64,000 nucleotides of DNA. Source: a virus (lineage: Duplodnaviria; Caudoviricetes). A program made the translations under genes and the position numbers. The stretch lies in the IMG/VR virus record IMGVR_UViG_2615840613_000003, positions 1 through 64,000 of that record; one strand, given 5' to 3'. Shown one piece after another: positions 58,447 to 64,000 of the stretch (its first letter is position 1; each line of letters opens with the position of its first letter). Below the pieces are notes generated by a model. The model searched no databases, was not told the origin of the DNA, and saw nothing but the letters and a program-made list of their open reading frames with translations.

Positions 58447-60579
58447 GTGAGCGATTTGAATATCAGCAACTTCATCTGGAATATTGCCGACGATGTCCTT
58501 CGAGACGTTTACGTCCGGGGGAAGTACCGAGATGTCATTCTGCCCATGACCGTTATTCGTCGTCTCGATGCTGTGCTGGAGCCGACGAAGGAAGCGGTGC
58601 TCTCCATGAAGACCCAGCTCGATAAGGCGGGGGTCGCGAACCAGCATGCCGCTCTGTGCCAAGCATCGGGAGAGGCATTTTACAACACATCTCAGTTCCG
58701 CCTGCGCGATTTGACCTCCAGAGCGCGACGGCAGCAGCTTAAGGCCGATTTCGAGGCGTACCTCGACGGATTCTCGCCGAACGTTCAGGAAGTGCTGGAT
58801 AAGTTCAAGTTCCGCAATCAGATTCCCACGCTCGTCGAAGCAGATGTCCTCGGTTTCCTGCTCGAAAAATTTCTGGACCCCTCAGTTAACCTGAGCCCAA
58901 AGCCGGTCCTCCACCAGGACGGGAGCGTCCGGCTTCCCGGCCTCGACAACCATTCTATGGGCACGATCTTCGAGGAGCTCATCCGCCGCTTCAACGAAGA
59001 GAACAATGAGGAGGCAGGCGAGCACTTCACGCCGCGCGACGTGGTAGAGCTCATGGCCTACCTCATCTTCATGCCGATCGCCGACCATATCCGGTCGGGC
59101 ACATACCTCGTGTACGACGGCGCTTGCGGCACGGGCGGCATGCTCACTGTCGCCGAAGAGACACTGATTAAGCTGGCAACCGACCACGGGAAGGAAGTTT
59201 CCGTTCACCTCTACGGACAAGAAGTCAACCCGGAAACATTCGCCATCAGCAAGGCCGACCTGATCCTGAAGGGAGAAGGCGTTGAGGCCGAAAACATGAA
59301 ATTCGGATCTACGTTGTCAGCGGATGCGTTCCCGTCCCGCGAGTTCGACTTCATGCTTTCCAATCCCCCCTACGGCAAGTCTTGGAAGACCGACTTGGAG
59401 CGCATGGGGGGGAAAAAAGAACTGCGTGACCCTCGCTTCGTGATCGAGCACGGAGGCGATCCTGAGTTCAGCCTGATCACCCGATCCAGCGATGGCCAGA
59501 TGGTGTTCCTGGCCAACATGCTCAGCAAGATGAAGAAGGCGTCTCCCCTCGGGAGCCGGATCGCCGAGGTCCATAACGGGTCCTCGCTTTTCACGGGAGA
59601 TGCGGGTTCCGGTGAAAGCAACGTCCGCCGCTGGATCATCGAAAACGACTGGCTCGAGGCCATCATCGCCCTGCCGCTGAACATCTTTTACAACACTGGC
59701 ATCGCAACCTACATCTGGGTCTTGAGCAATCGCAAGGCCGAGAACCGCAAGGGCAAGGTGCAGCTCATTGACGCCACCGCTTGGTTCAAGCCGCTCCGTA
59801 AAAATCTCGGGAAAAAGAACTGCGAACTCGGCGTTGACGATATCAAGCGCATCTGTGACGCGTTCCTCCTACAGAAGGAAGACGAGACGTCCAAAGTCTT
59901 CCCAAACGATGCGTTCGGCTATTGGAAGATCACAGTCGAGCGTCCCTTGCGCTTGAAGACGGAGCTGACGGAAGGAGCCTTACGGCGATTCCGCAAGACG
60001 TGCTCCGAAGCGGGAGAAAGCGATCTCGTCCGCGCCATCGAGGCGGTGGCGGAAGCCCGTGGTCCGGGCCCGCATTTGGACTTCAATGCCTTCGTTGCCG
60101 AGGTGGAGGACGCCGCCAGCTCGCTTGGCCTCCGTATGACGGCCAAGCGGCAGAAGCTGCTCATGTCGGCGCTCGGCCAGAAAGATGCCGCAGCGGAACC
60201 GGTGATCCGCAAAACCTCGAAGCCGAAGGCGGGGTCGGATGCGACGCAGGAAGCGCTGTATGGCAGCTATCACACGACGGTCGGCGGCAAAGCGTCGGTC
60301 GTGGAGTATGAGCCTGACACCGAGCTCAGGGATACCGAACAGGTACCGTTCCTCGAAGACGGCGGCATCGAAGCCTTCTTCCGGCGCGAGGTATTGCCGC
60401 ATGCCCCCGACGCTTGGATCGACGCCTCGAAAACGGTGATTGGTTACGAAATTTCGTTCACGCGGCATTTCTACAAGCCGCAGCCGCTGCGCACACTCGA
60501 TGAAATCGAGGCCGATATCCGAGCGCTGGAGAAAGAGACGGAGGGCTTGCTCGAAGACGTCCTCATGGGAGGGCACTAA
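58447..60579 (+). CDS. hsdM: Type I restriction-modification methyltransferase subunit M
   Basis: [37 protein letters not shown] and [11 protein letters not shown] start with SD GAGGGG. Confidence 0.93.
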   Translation: MSDLNISNFIWNIADDVLRDVYVRGKYRDVILPMTVIRRLDAVLEPTKEAVLSMKTQLDKAGVANQHAALCQASGEAFYNTSQFRLRDLTSRARRQQLKADFEAYLDGFSPNVQEVLDKFKFRNQIPTLVEADVLGFLLEKFLDPSVNLSPKPVLHQDGSVRLPGLDNHSMGTIFEELIRRFNEENNEEAGEHFTPRDVVELMAYLIFMPIADHIRSGTYLVYDGACGTGGMLTVAEETLIKLATDHGKEVSVHLYGQEVNPETFAISKADLILKGEGVEAENMKFGSTLSADAFPSREFDFMLSNPPYGKSWKTDLERMGGKKELRDPRFVIEHGGDPEFSLITRSSDGQMVFLANMLSKMKKASPLGSRIAEVHNGSSLFTGDAGSGESNVRRWIIENDWLEAIIALPLNIFYNTGIATYIWVLSNRKAENRKGKVQLIDATAWFKPLRKNLGKKNCELGVDDIKRICDAFLLQKEDETSKVFPNDAFGYWKITVERPLRLKTELTEGALRRFRKTCSEAGESDLVRAIEAVAEARGPGPHLDFNAFVAEVEDAASSLGLRMTAKRQKLLMSALGQKDAAAEPVIRKTSKPKAGSDATQEALYGSYHTTVGGKASVVEYEPDTELRDTEQVPFLEDGGIEAFFRREVLPHAPDAWIDASKTVIGYEISFTRHFYKPQPLRTLDEIEADIRALEKETEGLLEDVLMGGH

Positions 60580-60581
60580 GA

Positions 60582-62378
60582 ATGGCCACCCAGCGCTACT
60601 CCGTCACTCCCCATCCGATCGAAACGCTTCTGACTTGGGTGAAGTCCGGTGAGATTGCGATACCCGAGATCCAGCGTCCGTTCGTGTGGGATGCGACGAA
60701 GGTCCGGAACCTGCTTGACTCCCTCTATCAGGGCTATCCGGTCGGATACCTCATCGCCTGGCGAAATCCATCCGTCCGGTTGAAGGACGGTACGACATCG
60801 TCCGGCAAGCGCATCCTGATCGACGGGCAGCAGCGCGTGACGGCGCTGATGGCGGCGCTGCTCGGACAAGAGGTTCTGACCAAGGACTACGAGACCGTCC
60901 GAATCAGGATCGCATTCCATCCGGTTGATGAGCGGTTCGAGGTTTCGAACCCCGCGATCCGCAAGGACGCCGCCTGGATTCCCGATCTCGCGGCGGTCTT
61001 TTCGCCGGATGCCAGCCTCACCGAGCTGACAGACGAGTATTCCGAACGTAACCCCAATGCCGACCGCAAGCAGGTCTCGCGCATCCTGGAACGCGTCCGG
61101 AAGATCATCAACAACCACGTCGGCATCATCGAGCTGGCCGAAGACCTCGATATCGAAACCGTGACCGAGATCTTCATCCGCGTGAACTCGGCCGGTGCGT
61201 CGCTTAGCCAGGCGGACTTCGCCATGTCGAAGATCGCGGCCAACGACACCTACGGCGGCAACATGCTGCGCAAGGCTATCGACTATTTCTGCCATCTGGC
61301 CGTCGCGCCCGAGTTCCTCTCGCGCATCGAGAAGGGCGACAAGGCGTTCGCCTCCTCCGAGTTCCTTCCGAAAATGCGGTGGCTGAAGGACGTCAACGAC
61401 GACCTCTACGACCCTTCCTACACCGACATGCTGCGCGTGGCATTCACGTCCGAGTTCCGGCGCGGCAAGCTGCAGGATCTCGTGGCTTTGCTATCAGGGC
61501 GGAACTTCGAGACCAAGCAGTATGAGGAAGCCGTCGCCGAGGAGGCGTTCGCCCGCCTGAAGACCGGCGTTCTCAACTTCATCAACAAGACTCACTTCGA
61601 TCGTCTGACGATGATCCTGCGCTCGGCCGGGTTCGTCACTTCGAATCTCATCCGCAGCCAGAATGCCATTAACTTCGCCTACATCCTCTACCTGCGCGGC
61701 CGGGCGGAGGGCATGCCGGCCGCCGACATCGAGCGGCTGGTGCGGCGCTGGTATGTCATGTCGCTGTTGCGGGGACGTTACTCCGGCAGCCCCGAGACGG
61801 CATTCGATTTCGACATCCGACAGATTGAGGCGCGCGGCCTTGCGACCTATTGCGAGGCGGTGATCGATGCGGAGCTTCCCGAGAGCTTCTGGTCCACTCT
61901 GCTCCCGCAGGAGATGGATACCTCCTCGGCGTCGAGCCCCTACTTCCTCGTCTACCAGGCCGCGCAGGTGAAGTTGGGAGACCTCGGCTTCCTGTCGCGG
62001 GATATCACCGTGCGCGACCTGCTGCTGAACCGCAGCGACGTGCATCACGTCTACCCGCGCAATCACCTTAAAAAACAGGGCATGGCGCGCGGGCGGTATA
62101 ACCAGATCGCCAATTTCGTGCTTGCGCAAAGCGAGATCAACATCGGCATCGGCGACCGGCCCCCGGAGGTCTATTTCGCCGAGCTGGCAGGCCAATGCAA
62201 CGGCGGGGCGAAGAAATACGGCGGCATCACGGACATGGCCGAGATGCGGGCCAACCTCCGCATGAGCTGTCTGCCTGAAACCCTGCTCGATGGGGAAATT
62301 CCCGATTTCGGTGACTTCCTCGAGGCGCGCCGGAAGCTGATGGCAGCGAAGATCAAGACGTACTTCGAAGGGCTTTGA
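60582..62378 (+). CDS. DUF262 (GmrSD-like) protein with C-terminal HNH-like motif
   Basis: [17 protein letters not shown] and IFIRVNS (DUF262); DVHHVYP...NQIAN...N. Confidence 0.85.
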   Translation: MATQRYSVTPHPIETLLTWVKSGEIAIPEIQRPFVWDATKVRNLLDSLYQGYPVGYLIAWRNPSVRLKDGTTSSGKRILIDGQQRVTALMAALLGQEVLTKDYETVRIRIAFHPVDERFEVSNPAIRKDAAWIPDLAAVFSPDASLTELTDEYSERNPNADRKQVSRILERVRKIINNHVGIIELAEDLDIETVTEIFIRVNSAGASLSQADFAMSKIAANDTYGGNMLRKAIDYFCHLAVAPEFLSRIEKGDKAFASSEFLPKMRWLKDVNDDLYDPSYTDMLRVAFTSEFRRGKLQDLVALLSGRNFETKQYEEAVAEEAFARLKTGVLNFINKTHFDRLTMILRSAGFVTSNLIRSQNAINFAYILYLRGRAEGMPAADIERLVRRWYVMSLLRGRYSGSPETAFDFDIRQIEARGLATYCEAVIDAELPESFWSTLLPQEMDTSSASSPYFLVYQAAQVKLGDLGFLSRDITVRDLLLNRSDVHHVYPRNHLKKQGMARGRYNQIANFVLAQSEINIGIGDRPPEVYFAELAGQCNGGAKKYGGITDMAEMRANLRMSCLPETLLDGEIPDFGDFLEARRKLMAAKIKTYFEGL

Positions 62379-62419
62379 GATGCAGCGGTGGGGAAACAGC
62401 AGTCAGGGGGAGAACGGAA

Positions 62420-63454
62420 ATGGCTGAGCAGGACGATCTCATCGCGTCCATCGCAGCGACGACGGCCGACTATCGTGAGGCTGATGGGGAAGCCCCGACG
62501 CCAGAGCGTATCGAGCGTTGGGTCGGTCAGTTCGACGCGGCAGTTCAGCTGCCCATTCTACGGGAAATGGATCACGTCTTGAAGCGGACCTACTTCTCCC
62601 GCGATGGAACGAGAAAGTTTTTGGCGGGACTATTTCAGACCGAAAAGCTTGTCGGCGAGGATCCATGTGCCTTCTGGAAGGGCGTGAAGTTCCTCGACAT
62701 TCAGGGCGGCGGCGCGAGCCAGAAGGAGATGCTCGCGCTGTTCAGCAAGGTGCTGGAGAAGCAGTGTCGGTTCGAAGCTGCCGACTGCGGCGCAGCTCCC
62801 CACGCCTTCGTGTATCTGGATGACGCCATCTTCACCGGGAACCGTGTTAGGCGCGATCTCGAAACATGGATCGCTGAGCAGGCTCCGGCCGAAGCGAAGG
62901 TGCACGTCATCACGATCGCGCTGCATAGCGGCGGCCAGTACTACGCCAATGGAAAAATCAAGGAGGCGGCAAGGGCCGCCGGAAAGTCAATCGACCTGAC
63001 GTGGTGGCGCGCGATTGAGCTTGAGGACCGCAGGGCTCACACCACTACGTCCGATGTTCTACGGCCGGTCGCGATTCCAGACGACGAGGGCGTGAAAGCC
63101 TATGTCGGGGCAATGCGCTATCAGCCCAATCTGCGCACTGCGGGCCATGTCGGCGGAAACGGTATCTTCTCCAGCGATGCTGGACGCCAGCTACTGGAAT
63201 CGGAGTTCCTGAAGGCGGGCGTGCGCATCCGGCAGATGTGCCCGCATCTAAACCAGTACCAGCGGCCGCTGGGCAACATGATCCTTGAAACGCTCGGTTT
63301 CGGCTCGCTGATCGTAACCTTCAGAAACTGCCCCAACAATGCGCCGCTGGCGCTGTGGGCGGGGGACCCTTGGTACCCGCTCTTCCCCCGCACAACGAAC
63401 AGCGATACGTCGCTGCGCAGGTTCATGGCGATGCTGGCACAGGAAGACTTCTGA
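62420..63454 (+). CDS. Phosphoribosyltransferase-fold protein (PRTase-CE-like)
   Basis: PRPP-loop-like FVYLDDAIFTGNRV and C-terminal FRNCPNN; SD GGGGGAG. Confidence 0.7.
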   Translation: MAEQDDLIASIAATTADYREADGEAPTPERIERWVGQFDAAVQLPILREMDHVLKRTYFSRDGTRKFLAGLFQTEKLVGEDPCAFWKGVKFLDIQGGGASQKEMLALFSKVLEKQCRFEAADCGAAPHAFVYLDDAIFTGNRVRRDLETWIAEQAPAEAKVHVITIALHSGGQYYANGKIKEAARAAGKSIDLTWWRAIELEDRRAHTTTSDVLRPVAIPDDEGVKAYVGAMRYQPNLRTAGHVGGNGIFSSDAGRQLLESEFLKAGVRIRQMCPHLNQYQRPLGNMILETLGFGSLIVTFRNCPNNAPLALWAGDPWYPLFPRTTNSDTSLRRFMAMLAQEDF

Positions 63455-64000
63455 TGGCCCAGCCCAGCCAGGTTCGCACATACCACCCAGCCGAGAGCGC
63501 CGTCTTCCTTAAGACGAACGAGCGCTTTGGCGGGCTGTCGAACATGGCGCCGGGCTTCCCGATTGTCCTGAACGGCGTGCGGATCCGCACGTCGGAGGCG
63601 CTCTACCAGGCCTGCCGTTTCCCGCGCCGGCCGGACGTCCAGCGGCAGATCATCGACGACCCCAGCCCAATGACCGCAAAGATGCGGAGCAAGCCGTTCC
63701 GCTCCGACACTCGGCCGGACTGGGATGCGGTGCGGGTGAAGATCATGCGCTGGTGCCTGCGCGTGAAACTGGCGCAGAACTGGCAGACCTTCGGCAAGCT
63801 GCTGCTGTCCACCGCGGACATGCCGATTGTCGAGAAGAAGGTCCGCCGCAAGGACTTCTGGGGCGCCACGGAGCAGCCGGACGGCACGCTCGTCGGCATG
63901 AACGTGCTGGGTCGCCTGCTGATGGAGCTGCGCGAGCAGCTGAAGGGCGATGAGGCGGAGAGCCTACGGTTTATCGAGCCGCTGGCCATTCCCGACTTCC
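63454..64000 (+). CDS. NADAR (YbiA-like) N-glycosidase, truncated by the window end
   Basis: Hand translation from the TGATG overlap: GGLSNM...TSEALYQACRF...RPDWDAVRVKIMRWCLRVKLAQN...LLLST...IVE...DFWG...GMNVLGRLLMELRE. Confidence 0.88.
   Translation, partial: MAQPSQVRTYHPAESAVFLKTNERFGGLSNMAPGFPIVLNGVRIRTSEALYQACRFPRRPDVQRQIIDDPSPMTAKMRSKPFRSDTRPDWDAVRVKIMRWCLRVKLAQNWQTFGKLLLSTADMPIVEKKVRRKDFWGATEQPDGTLVGMNVLGRLLMELREQLKGDEAESLRFIEPLAIPDF

Overview
High-GC DNA, probably alphaproteobacterial (inferred from gene families), and almost entirely mobile or defence DNA. (1) 1-13055 is a class I DISARM operon (drmD-drmMI-drmA-drmB-drmC). drmD is interrupted by an IS3-family element and drmMI is split by a -1 frameshift at an A6 run. 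(2) ~13060-57580 is a ~44 kb prophage-like element, mostly on the minus strand. It has a lambda-type head (GpA terminase, lambda portal, protease-capsid fusion, a cos-like site), an RcGTA-like tail tip, a replication module with a candidate origin, two methyltransferases, ParDE and TacAT toxin-antitoxin pairs, an XRE-ImmA/PIN/DUF2188 accessory block and a DUF2924/large serine recombinase module. Several lesions suggest decay: nonsense codons, frameshifts and an inversion-deletion. (3) 57785-64000 is a second defence locus: HTH, type I RM hsdM, a DUF262 protein, a PRTase-fold protein and a NADAR protein that runs off the window. The best candidate for an undescribed system is the translationally coupled PRTase-NADAR pair embedded in the RM operon. 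Other notable items are a dual-frame C5 methyltransferase broken by a template-switch rearrangement and the DUF2188/XRE-ImmA/PIN module. All family names come from motif recognition and recall, not from database searches.
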